DNA from: Trichinella spiralis
Lineage: Eukaryota
Assembly: GCF_000181795.1 (NCBI RefSeq)
Contig: NW_003526944.1
Span: forward strand, 1,900,848-1,964,847
Length of the DNA stretch: 64,000 nucleotides
Direction: 5' to 3'
Shown: piece by piece, positions 1 through 11,900 of the stretch
Numbering within the stretch: position 1 is the stretch's first letter
How the letters are laid out: each line of letters begins with the position of its first letter
The notes under the pieces: generated by a model
Told to the model about the DNA's origin: nothing
The model's database searches: none
The model's input: only the letters and a program-made list of their open reading frames with translations
Made by a program: the position numbers and the translations under genes

Positions 1-170
1 CCAGACATACCTGTAGTCTTCTTCTACACTTAGACTTACCTGAATCCTCTTACTTGCCATTTTCTTTTAGCTTCTGTACTTACCAGACTTACCTGTATAT
101 TTATCTTCTACACTTAAACTTACCTGTATACTTGCCCTTTCTTGCTATCTTCTGTACTTAAACTTACCTG
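1..170. repeat. Degenerate ~80-bp tandem repeat carrying repeated ACTTACCTG (minus-strand CAG|GTAAGT) motifs
   Basis: Units 1-82 (ccagacatacctgta...cttctgtactta) and 83-160 (ccagacttacctgta...cttctgtactta) align by eye, followed by a partial unit aacttacctg. It may continue left of the window. Confidence 0.7.
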
Positions 171-2013
171 CAAAATCTTCAAAAAACTGGTGAGGATATT
201 TGAAAATGAAGATGAAAATAAAAATGAATAAAAACCATATTTCGCTTTCGATTCAACTACACATACAGTGACAAAAATACGTACGCAACTGCACGTAAGC
301 CAAACTGGGCAGCAATTGGGACTTCCAAACTGATTTCACTTACAAACAATCCAAATTCATTGCTATCAGAAGCAAATAAATCATGCTAAAATAAAATGCA
401 AATAAGTATTTCAAAAAATCCATTAGCTATTTTCATTAATTCAGAGTGTCACATCCCAGCTTTTTTCGCATTAAATGATTCGCGTACAGATTCTTACCAA
501 TAATTCTTACTAATAAGCAACACTGCAGTGTGAACTCTGTGGAAACGAAACGAAATCTGTAGTAAATTCATAATTCTTTAAGCTGAAGAAATTTATTACT
601 ACTCAAAACAGTACGTAATTTCTTTTTACCCTTTGTGATACGCAAAACCACATGGGTCTTCCATTTGATGATGCAAACTAAAGTTATCATGTACAAAATA
701 TCTACATACCAATTTTTATCAATACCACAATTGAAAAATTTAAATGCCAAACCGAATTGTCATGTTCAACATGCCATGCTCCATATCTGTCCCCACGCCA
801 ACTTCAACAAACAGGTAAACAAACGGTAACGACATAACTCTTTGATAACAATAATGTAATCCATTTTTTTTGAATTTTCTGATGCCGCTAGAATAGCCTG
901 AAAATTCAAAGTTAAACTTGAGAAATAAACCATAATAATTAAAAAAAATTTGATTTTATTTGAAAATGCACTTCAATTACTTTTCATAGCTTCAAGCATG
1001 CAGTACATGCTTGGCAAAGTTCTGTTGAGGACTTGAATCAATCCGTCATCATGTGATCACTTCTGAAGCAAAGCTGGCTGACAGACCGGCATATTCAAAA
1101 GCTAATATAGGCAACTGTCTATTTATTTGTCGAACTGTTTCCGTCGAGATTCAATAGCCAAATTAAAACTTGCACGAACACGAAGAATCTGACTGAATAA
1201 CTAAAACAAAACATTTCAATGACCGATCATCTGTGATAACGCAATGTGATTTCAGGCAAGTGCTCTGAATGTCAAAGTGAAGAAATTCACATCATATTAC
1301 CGGAATCTAAAAATAACCATTAAAAATAATCAAGACTTTTCAAAATTATTATTATAGATACATACCATTTTCACCTACTTTTTATAATGAGGCTGTTAAA
1401 TAATACTTGATGTAAACGTGATGACGTGAATTTCTGAAAGTGAATTTTATTAATGTAGTCATCTCAAAATGAAAAACAGTAATGCGCACTTGTCTGTCTT
1501 TAGCTTGTGAAGTAGCTGAAATTTAGGGAAAATAATACAGTTAGAGACACCCTTTAGTTCCCATTCACCATATTAGTAGAGCAATACAAATGACATGCAT
1601 GACATAACACCATCACAATGCATAATATAACTTACCGCTTATTCACAGATAGCACTGAAGAGAGGAATTACAGTTGAGCCGCTGCGTGCTGCAATACCAG
1701 TGAACTGAATAACTGAATGTATACAAAGTACTCTGATTAAACACATAACGCTAAGTAAACTATGCAAATAATAAACCACTTTGCCTGCGTTGGAACAACC
1801 TAATTTTCATGCAGTAATAGCACAGTAAAATGAATATAGCGAACAATTTTATTTAATGACATGATGAAATTTATTACGTTTTTATTTACACACTGCTTAT
1901 TACTAAGTAAAATGGCATTATTATGCAAATTTTGAAATTTACTTTGTTAAATTACATGAAATGAAAACCTATTAACCTGAAGCATTGAAATACTAAAAAT
2001 CCCGAAAAAGTAC

Positions 2014-2023
2014 NNNNNNNNNN
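2014..2023. other. Assembly gap (10 N)
   Basis: Run of N. Confidence 0.95.
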
Positions 2024-2025
2024 TA

Positions 2026-4147
2026 CCTATCTTTTAATAATCGAACTTAACTAATTTCTAAAACGAACCCTAAATTTTACCGAATTCTTTCACATGCAAA
2101 ATTTCATTTTGAGCTGAGCAATTAATTGAAATATATAAAAAACAAAAATGAAAATTTTCCTAATAAAATGAAAAAATCAAACAGGCATTTCTTTACATCT
2201 TAACTCGTTAAATTTTACAAAATGCCAAATTTTCAAGACGTCTGGATTCTACATTTACCAGAATACAGTGTAATGCTGTTGGAGATTGTATTAAATATAT
2301 TTAAATTTTTCAGTTGGAATTTCTTGTTAAAACATTAAATAATTTCAATGAACATGAACATGAACAGGAAAAATGCTTTTGATGTTAGCTCATTGATTTG
2401 AAAAGTGTTCAAAGGTGAAAATCGTTCAATTATATTTACAAACTTGTTACCTTCACTTTACAGGTTTTTTTTCTTTAATTTGTTAGCTTCCATTTACATG
2501 AATTCAAAAAATGATCTAATAAAATGTCGTTTGTTTTTTGTGCGTCATTACGGATGAAAAATATTCTAATTTCAATTAACAGAAGTAAAGAAAATTAAAT
2601 TTATATTTAAAGTGGCCAAAGTGATAATGTTTTACAGAGTGTGTGTCAAATATAAAATAAATAACTAAAGAAAAAATATGTAAAAATTCATACCTGACAG
2701 CAGGTACGTTGATAAATATGCATGAAGAAGGCGTAGAGTTGTTAACGTCTGCGAATTGATGCTCGTTGCTTCATCGTATTTTCTGTATATCGTTCACAAC
2801 GTATTTCTTGAAGTGAAGCACCAAATATGACCAGTAAATAATAAAGCAACGCAGTAGCAAGTGTTGTTCATCTGCAATTGTTTATATAATATTCAATTTC
2901 TCAAAATCAACAGCGTTTTATAAATAGTAAATCGCTTTTGAATTTGCATGGCCAATGGCGCCTTGAGCAGAATGCTATTTGCATAGTTCACCATCAGTTA
3001 CTTTTAACTTACTGTCGTTAAATTTCTCTGTACTTGAAACCGTTTTAAATTTACAGTAGTCCAGCTCTCTTGCGTAAGGCTGAGTGGATTATTTTTTCAG
3101 AGTATTTCTTGCGACACGATTATGAGAGATGTAATTGTTGCTGAGCTGTCGGCCGTACTACTGTTGGTATTGTTTTGCACAGGATATTCATCTGTAAAAA
3201 TAACCATCAAAATGAAACGAACAAAGCAGAGCACAATTTATATTTCAAGCTGGCCATTACCTACGGAGAACTCGGTTGTCTCCGCTTTATCAACAGCAGG
3301 CGTTGGAGTGGTATAACGGAGTGCTATCAAGTAAAGCTTAACGAGGAAAAATGCAAGAATATTTCCCCGTGGTGCTACGCAGAACAAATCACGGTCGTCG
3401 TGCAATACGTAATTACTGAGCAGTGGTATCAGGGCAAGTGTACATTCTTTGGACCCAATGAGGCAACGTGCTAAATTCAAATTGCACCGCTTTACTACAC
3501 TTTAGATTTTCTGCCAAGTCTAAAAATATCTCCTGAATTGAAGGGAACATTTTAAAATGTTTAAAAGTAAGCACAATGCATAACTATTTCAAAATTGGCA
3601 ACAATACAACTTCTTTATTTATGACAAAATTAACTATAGTTACTTACATTCATCAAAATAGAAATGGGCAAAGCAAAATACCTGGATTCTTGGCAACAAG
3701 CCAAGATTTATATTGTTCTGATTCAAATAACAATCAATCTCTTTCAGAAGCGATCAAGAATAGACGGATGTTTTCTGCTTTTCCATAACCGTGAAATGAT
3801 CATCAGACGAATAAAATCAGTTGAGCATTTTCAGCGCTTCGTCTAGTAAATATGCAAATTTTTATGCAATGCTTTGCCATTTATTGAGCTCACCACAATG
3901 GTGAACTTTGAAATAAATCTATGTTTAAAATTGCATTTAATTTTCATTACTTGATCAATTGGATAATAATATTCATAGTATTGAAGAATGAATGACTTAA
4001 TCGTTAGTATTGTAAATTTATATTTCATGTATGACTGACTGTTGGTGTGATTTTATTATTTATATTCACTATCATGAAAACTGTATTTGCTCACGCAATG
4101 AAAAGTAGCGTGTATTTGTTTTATGTGAAATTTCATGCCAAATTTTT
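2026..4147 (+). repeat. Direct duplication, copy A (an entire gap-bounded contig)
   Basis: Near-identical to about 4961-7080 at offset ~2932. The ORF track repeats: 3122/6054, 3576/6508, 3664/6596, 3843/6775. Confidence 0.9.
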
Positions 4148-4157
4148 NNNNNNNNNN
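4148..4157. other. Assembly gap (10 N)
   Basis: Run of N. Confidence 0.95.
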
Positions 4158-4960
4158 CATTTATCCATAATGCCACCAAAAACTGGGGGAGTTAAAGCAG
4201 GTCTAAATGTGAAAAGCAAGTACATTTATTTATATGCTTGCTTTGTTCATAAGACTGTAAAATCACAGGACATTTCAAGGGCGATGGAAATTACAGTACA
4301 GATTAGAGTTTGAATATTCAAGGATGGAAATCTCTGCCTAAGCGCACAAGAACAAGAGCTTTGATCAACAGTATAGAAACTATTGGACAATCTGCCAGGT
4401 CTGGGACATCAGCAGTTTCTGTTACAGGGATTATAACATAAAACGTGGTAAAGATCCCACTGTTCTTTCAGAATGATGTTCCACTATCCCTTATATGAAC
4501 AATCAAGAATAAGCTTTTCATTGTGATTCAATGACTTCATGAATATTATCTATGATAAAACTTTGTCTTTGCATTAAGATTCAAAATCGCGTGAAAAACA
4601 CAATACATTATGTAAATCATAAAGATGAACAGGAACTGCCTTTCTACCTATGCATTTCAAATTTGCAGAAAATGGCATATTCAATTATCAGCTTCTGAAA
4701 AGCACATTTGCAGATCGCTCTTTATCTACGAATTTACTGCTTTTCCTCTGGAAGAACAACCTAGTTTTCCGTCACTAACTAAGCTTATTGACATAAGAGG
4801 AGTGAAGAATTTTATTGAATATTGAACTGTGTTACGTTTTTATTTACACACTTCATAATATGACTTATGCTAGTAGGAAAACGCATTAGTATGCAAATTT
4901 ATTTCGATTAAATTCATGTGAATACCTGTTAAGGTGAATTCATGAAAACGACTGGAATAT

Positions 4961-7080
4961 CTATCTTTTAATAATCGAACTTAACTAATTTCTTAAACGA
5001 ACTTAAATTTTGCCGTATTCTTTCACATGCAAAATTTCATTTTGAGCAAAGCAATTAATTGAAATATATAATAAACAAAATGAAAATTTTCCTAATAAAA
5101 TGAAAAAATCAAACAGGCATTTCTTTACATCTTAACTCGTTAAATTTTACAAAATGCCAAATTTTCAAGACGTCTGGATTCTACATTTACCAGAATACAG
5201 TGTAATGCTGTTGGAGATTGTATTAAATATATTTAAATTTTTCAGTTGGAATTTCTTGTTAAAACATTAAATAATTTCAATGAACATGAACATGAACAGG
5301 AAAAATGCTTTTGATGTTAGCTCATTGATTTGAAAAGTGTTCAAAGGTGAAAATCGTTCAATTATATTTACAAACTTGTTACCTTCACTTTACAGGTTTT
5401 TTTTCTTTAATTTGTTAGCTTCCATTTACATGAATTCAAAAAATGATCTAATAAAATGTCGTTTGTTTTTTGTGCGTCATTACGGATGAAAAATATTCTA
5501 ATTTCAATTAACAGAAGTAAAGAAAATTAAATTTATATTTAAAGTGGCCAAAGTGATAATGTTTTATAGAGTGTGTGTCAAATATAAAATAAATAACTAC
5601 AGAAAAAATATGTAAAAATTCATACCTGACAGCAGGTACGTTGATAAATATGCATGAAGAAGCCGTGGAGTTGTTAACGTCTGCGAATTGATGCTCGTTG
5701 CTTCATCGTATTTTCTGTATATCGTTCACAACGTATTTCTTGAAGTGAAGCACCAAATATGACCAATAAATAATAAAGCAACGCAGTAGCAAGTGTTGTT
5801 CATCTGCAATTATTTATATAATAATCAATTTCTCAAAATCAACAGCGTTTTATAAATAGTAAATCGCTTTCGAATTTGCATGGCCAATGGCACCTTGAGC
5901 AGAATGCTATTGGCATAGTTCACCATCAGTTACTTTTAACTTACTGTGGTTAAATTTCTCTGTACTTGAAACCGTTTTAAATTTACAGTAGTCCAGCTCT
6001 CTTGCGTAAGGCTGAGTGGATTATTTTTTCAGAGTTTTTCTTGCGACACGATTATGAGAGATGTAATTGTTGCTGAGCTGTCGGCCGTACTACTGTTGGT
6101 ATTGTTTTGCCCAGAATATTCATCTGTAAAAATAACCATCAAAATGAAACGAACAAAGCAGAGCACAATTTATATTTCAAGCTGGCCATTACCTACGGAG
6201 AACTCGGTTGTCTCCGCTTTATCAACAGCAGCCGTCGGAGTGGTATAACGGAGTGCTATCATGTAAAGCTTAACGAGGAAAAATGCAAGAATATTTCCCG
6301 GTGGTGCTACGCAGAACAAATCACGGTCGTCGTGCAATACGTAATTACTGAGCAGTGGTATCAGGACTAGTGTACATTTCTTGGATCCAATGAGGCAACG
6401 TGCTAAATTCAAATTGCGTCGCTTTTCCATACTTTAGATTTTTTGCCAAACCTAAAAATATCTCCTGAGTTGAAGGGAACATTTTAAAATGTTTAAAAGT
6501 AAGCACAATGCATAACTATTTCAAAATTGGCAACAATACAACTTCTTTATTTATGACAAAATTAACTATAGTTACTTACATTCATCAAAATAGAAATGGG
6601 CAAAGCAAAATACCTGGATTCTTGGCAACAAGCCAAGATTTATATTGTTCTGATTCAAATAACAATCAATCTCTTTCAGAAGCGATCAAGAATAGACGGA
6701 TGTTTTCTGCTTTTCCATAACCGTGAAATGATCATCAGACGAATAAAATCAGTTGAGCATTTTCAGCGCTTCGTCTAGTAAATATGCAAATTTTTATGCA
6801 ATGCTTTGCCATTTATTGAGCTCACCACAATGGTGAACTTTGAAATAAATCTATGTTTAAAATTGCATTTAATTTTCATTACTTGATCAATTGGATAATA
6901 ATATTCATAGTATTGAAGAATGAATGACTTAATCGTTAGTATTGTAAATTTATATTTCATGTATGACTGACTGTTGGTGTGATTTTATTATTTATATTCA
7001 CTATCATGAAAACTGTATTTGCTCAACGCAATGAAAAGTAGGCGTGGTATTTGTTTATGTGAAATTTCATGCAAATTTTT
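4961..7080 (+). repeat. Direct duplication, copy B
   Basis: Matches 2026-4147. Looser similarity extends to about 4830, matching about 1872-2013. Confidence 0.9.
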
Positions 7081-7812
7081 ATGTGAGGTCGTGCCGTTTG
7101 TTTGCTTTGTAGCTATGGCTCGCCATTATTAGTTATCAGTAGTAATACAAATAATCCTTATCATTGTGTGCGTGTGTGAAGGAAAGTAGGAGAAGAAAGC
7201 TGACAGATTGACAGTATATATATATATATACATATATATATAGAATGTCAGGTTCAAAATGAGGTAGTAGGTGGTTGATGTGCTTTCTTCTCTCATTAAA
7301 TGTTGGTCAATTTGTGCTGCTTGTTTTCGTCGCCTACAATTACACTAATTTATTGAGCACAAAGTACAGAGACAACAAAAGTGCAATGTTGTTTGCAATT
7401 CATGCCATCGGTTAGATAATGCAAATCGTTCCAAACAGGTCACAGCAATACAATATATGTATATATGTATAATAATAACAGTGCAAAATGCTAATTATCG
7501 TGATGACTTGTGTTATTGTAAGAAAATTGCAGCATGTCACCAATATGACCCACCTAGATCAACTTAGTATGTAGTGATTGTTCTGACACAATACTGACCA
7601 AGAAACGGTTCATGTACTTGAACAGATTATCAGTTTAGATAAATAAATATTACAAAATGAAAAAGAAAAAAAAGAAAAGTAATAAAATTAATCACGCGTC
7701 GAAATTTATTTTCATTATTATTAATATTAAAAGGAAAAAAAAGTGTACTGAGCAATGACAGACATCAGATAATAAAAAATAATAAAACTTGTACGAAAAG
7801 AGTACAAACAAG

Positions 7813-7817
<5 letters not shown>

Positions 7818-7863
<46 letters not shown>
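7818..7863. repeat. (GA)n microsatellite downstream of the FAM43-like gene
   Basis: Uninterrupted GA run of more than 40 bp. Confidence 0.9.
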
Positions 7864-7867
<4 letters not shown>

Positions 7868-7963
7868 GAGAGAAGGCAACCAAAATCTGTCAGCTAACTA
7901 GCTAATGAGTTGTTTGTTGTTGGTAGAGAAAAAAAACACAATGGCTGCTATATTTTTGTTTTT

Positions 7964-8950
7964 TCAAAGGGCAGTGCTTTCTATGGCACGCAGAGGCTTG
8001 CTGGGAACGACGACGGCATCTGGCCTGTCGTCTTCGTCAATATATCCGGACTCGTCGCTGATTGTATCAGCTTCACTGCCGCTTGAGTCGGGTCTGAGAC
8101 GGAGTCGTTTGCGGAGCTCTTCGTCCAGACCGCAGTCCGACTCGTCGGTCAGACTGCTCGAAGATGGCTCTTCGAACAAAGAATCCGTAGTGGATTCTTC
8201 TTCCTCTTCCTCTAGTTCTTCTTCTTCTTCTTCTTCTTCCACCTCCTCCTCTTCGTCATCTGACTGCTGCTTCTCAGCTAAGCTGTCCAAAAGAGCGCTG
8301 GTAAGCTGCACCGACGGTGTCATCTGGTGTTCCTCTTCGGTGCACTCTTCGATACTGTACAATTTCGGGGCCGACTTGCTACGATCCAACGGTGGTCTGA
8401 AATTCTGCCCGCCGGTGTAGAGAAGCTGACGCCGAAGTGGCACTGTAGTCGGCAAGCCGGCCACGCTGCAAGACAGCCTCAGCTTCTGTCTGACAATTTT
8501 GTCCCGTTTGTAGTCGTTCAACGCCAACACCAGTCGCTCTTGCAGGCAGCGCATCACCAAATTCGCCTGCGACTGACGTTTGAACAACGCCGCGTGGCAG
8601 CGCAGTTCGGGCCTGAGCCGGCGCCCTTCGTGCTTGTAAATCCAACAGAAAACACGAGGGTGCTTTTCCGACACGGCGCAGAACATGATTCGATGAAACC
8701 AATATTCAGTCAGACCCTGCTTTTCAGTGGTCACTTTCAAACCGCTGCTGGTGACCACCAGTCGCATGGACATGTAGTCCTTTTTGCGCTCGCAATAGCT
8801 GCGCCAAATCACACCCAACGGACGATCCACGCATCCCTCGCCGCGGGCGATGCTTGTTGGCACGTTGCCCAAATAGACGACCGTGTACGTCGGGTCTGGT
8901 TCGTTGACAGTGAAACTTTTACGACAACCAAACAACTGCATTGCATTCAT
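7964..8950 (-). CDS. FAM43: FAM43A/B-like PTB (PID_2) domain protein, 328 aa, single coding exon, acidic C-terminal tail
   Basis: The ORF contains YTVVYLGNV...GEGCV..., HRIMFC...HPRVFCWIYKHEGRRLRPELRCHA, recognisable as the FAM43 PID domain. There is an in-frame TGA immediately before the ATG and a TTTCAG acceptor 6 nt upstream. Confidence 0.85.
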   Translation of the reverse strand: MNAMQLFGCRKSFTVNEPDPTYTVVYLGNVPTSIARGEGCVDRPLGVIWRSYCERKKDYMSMRLVVTSSGLKVTTEKQGLTEYWFHRIMFCAVSEKHPRVFCWIYKHEGRRLRPELRCHAALFKRQSQANLVMRCLQERLVLALNDYKRDKIVRQKLRLSCSVAGLPTTVPLRRQLLYTGGQNFRPPLDRSKSAPKLYSIEECTEEEHQMTPSVQLTSALLDSLAEKQQSDDEEEEVEEEEEEEELEEEEEESTTDSLFEEPSSSSLTDESDCGLDEELRKRLRLRPDSSGSEADTISDESGYIDEDDRPDAVVVPSKPLRAIESTAL

Positions 8951-11900
8951 TCAAATCTGAAATTGAATTTCAACTAATTAATAATCATCACGCTAAATTC
9001 ACATTTCACATCCACATACGCACACACACACGCGCGAGTGCTAATAAATTGATCGATCGAACTATTTATTTATTTATTTATTTATTTTTGCATAAATGTA
9101 TGCATAAGAAAAGATATAAACGAATAGTGTATCTGTGTTTGCATTGGCCGGCCAAGCAAATCGAACAGACGACAGAGCGAACGCGAAAGTAAAGTGGAAA
9201 GCTAGCAATAAAATGGAGCCAACAACGTTGAAGCCCAGGTCAGGGTCGTTAAAACCACAAATACAGATAAACTTAATGTCAGCCTGACCTCGTGGGAACA
9301 ACGGATCATGGATCATTCAAATCTTCCATTGTGCATAAAATAATATTTCCACAATGAAACGAGAAAGAAAGAAAAATCCATTCATTCAATTGTTGGCACA
9401 CTCAGATTTTATGTATGTATGTAATAAAAAGAATAGAATTATAGAATATTTCAAAAAAAAGAGATGAAACATACAAATGACAGAATCTTCGTTTTCAAGT
9501 ACTGAAATAAACCAAATAAGAAGTAGTAAACAACGAATGTCGTTGGGAAAAAATAGCTAACAATTGTAAAGCAGAGAAACAGAGACAGCTTGCTGCTTCA
9601 CCAGTAGCCTTTGCAGATCGATCCGTAAGGTCAGTAGCATAAGTCAGAGACGCGCGTGGACGACATGCAACGGCAAAACTGGAACGTAGAACAGTGTGCA
9701 CAGGTACAATTGTTACCGGTCCGGTAGAGGTCAGTGGTCGATTCACTGCTATTGGTCAGCAAGCAACGGTCAGCAGTTATTGTTGAGCTTCAGTCGAACG
9801 CTGCCAATAGAATCAATTGACCATCGGGGTTGTGCACGCGACCGGCCGTCCCAGTCAGGTAAAATGGTCACCGTTGCACATCGATGACCGCTATCGTTGG
9901 GCATGTCAGATCGCCAACAACAACACTCCACCCTTCTAACACTTATTCTTAATTAAGACGCTACTACGCTGATAATCAACACAAAGACACTTCTTTATTA
10001 TCAACATGTGAACAACAGATAATGCTGCTCGCCTGTATGCAAATTTTCCATTTCAATCTAATTGAAGAATGATGCTTATGAAAATAAGCAAACAAATAAT
10101 ATACGCGCTACATATCATATATATATATATTAATTTATATATATATATATGAATAAACTAACGACGCAAATTTAAACCGGCTTGACAACGTGTGGAAAAT
10201 GACAAGAATGACAGACACGGCAAACCCTCTTGCAACAACCGGCTTTTACTCTCAAAGTGCACAAAGAGAAAGCAAAGCAAATCGAATAGAACGGAGGGGG
10301 GGTTTAAAAACTAGAAATTGATTATTAAATATTAATGTACAACCTTGAAGTGTTGGAATGATCGAAGTTTTCCTTTTCAATCTTCTTCTTCGATCATCTA
10401 TTTGAATTTGAATTTAAACAAAAGTTAATTAATAATCAGGAAAAAAAAGTCGCCAGAAAAAAGGTTGTTTGCTTTTCATAAATATACCGCGTGGAAGTTG
10501 AACCAAATACGATATTACAACTGCACCTGGCCTGGACAAGCAGATGCTTTTCCGGCTTGGTTGGTATTCAACGAACTGTGAAAATAGAATTTAATATTGT
10601 TTTGTAAAATTTTTTTATATTAAAATTGATAAAAACAATAATAACCGCTTCCGGGTAGAGGAGAGCAATTGAAGCGTGGATAATTGTTCAAAAAACTGGA
10701 CCACATCGACCAAAGCTGACGATGGTCGACACAAGCAGCATCAAAATGGTTGAAAACAATTTATTACGTCATAATTTGTCAGAAAACAATTTTTTTTGTT
10801 TTTCAAATTAGCCATATTTTCTTCTTCCTGATTCAACTTAAAAGTTTAGGAAGAAGAAAACAAAAAAACTAAATTCATGCAAAAACCCAACCCAACTATT
10901 ATTGCTTACCACATTACACTGCTTGCCTGGGTGAATTGATTGATACGAATAAGATGATGATGATGATGATGATGTAGCTGAATGTCAAACCGAGGATCAA
11001 GTTATTTATCAGGAGATTGATCAGTGAAGCAAATATTTAAAAACTTTGAAGATCGACTGCATCCGGTGATCGGTCGAGTGGAGAAACTTCAATTTGTCAA
11101 CACAATTATGCAAACAAACGCACGTTGAAGTAGAGGAAGATGATGATGAATGAATGAAAAATAATTCGTTTATAAAAAATTAAAACAAAAAACCATACCA
11201 TTGAACGTACGAAAAAGTCCAACTGCATACTTTGTGTGACAACCCAAAGTAAAACAAAGCGCATTCATATATACATATATATATATATGCATACATCAGT
11301 GATATATATCAGTCTCATTGAAAGTCAAATGTGAACATAGAATCGGCATTAGCGGCGGTCTGTTCTTCTTGCCAATCAAAAATTAGTTAGCTGAATCGGA
11401 ATTTTTCACAATTAAAAAGTCAACGCAAATAACTTCTTCACACAGAAGAGCTAAAGAAAAAATAAGTTCGACTTGTTTAAAAATGACGTCATTGTTTTTT
11501 GTTCCTCGAATTTTTTGAATATTCACACAACGTGGAGGGATTGATTGGAATTTCTTTCTTTTTTTTGACAAGAATGCGAACAAGAGATATTTTGATCAGA
11601 AAAAAAATATTATATGAACAAGAAAAATTAAATAATATTTTTTTCAAAATTTTGCTTTACCATTTCACAATTTAGCCGTGACAAGCCGGTTGAAGCGAGA
11701 AGTAAACATGAAAGAAAAGACGAACAACAAACATTTGTACAACAGTAGCGCTTGACAGAAAACGTTAAAGCTTTGTTTGAAAATTTCTTCTACAAGCGAC
11801 CATCATCGAAACAAGATAAACAAATGCTAAATCACTTTTTGCTTTTCTGTTTTTTTTGATTATTTGTATAGAAAATCAATCAAATCGTCTACATATATAC

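Noticed and set aside
116..170. AAACTTACCTG as the 5' end of a U1 snRNA gene
   Set aside because: The downstream sequence shows no U1 stem-loops or Sm site; the motif is part of a tandem repeat.
1..170. Repeat-spacer pattern as a CRISPR array
   Set aside because: Eukaryotic context, a 9-bp motif with mutually similar spacers, and no cas genes.
3124..3180. In-frame TGA after CNCC upstream of the 3175 ORF, as a possible selenocysteine
   Set aside because: No SECIS recognised, no selenoprotein homology, and copy B has another premature stop.
4158..4830. Unique spacer between the duplicate copies with short coding-like patches
   Set aside because: Stops in all frames; no recognisable protein or transposon motif.
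7905..8977. Plus-strand ORFs of 171 and 216 aa
   Set aside because: Antisense shadows of the GC-rich FAM43-like CDS.
9560..9930. GC-richer patch upstream of the FAM43-like gene as a possible ncRNA or miRNA hairpin
   Set aside because: No convincing long stem or RNA-family motif seen; more likely regulatory or UTR sequence.
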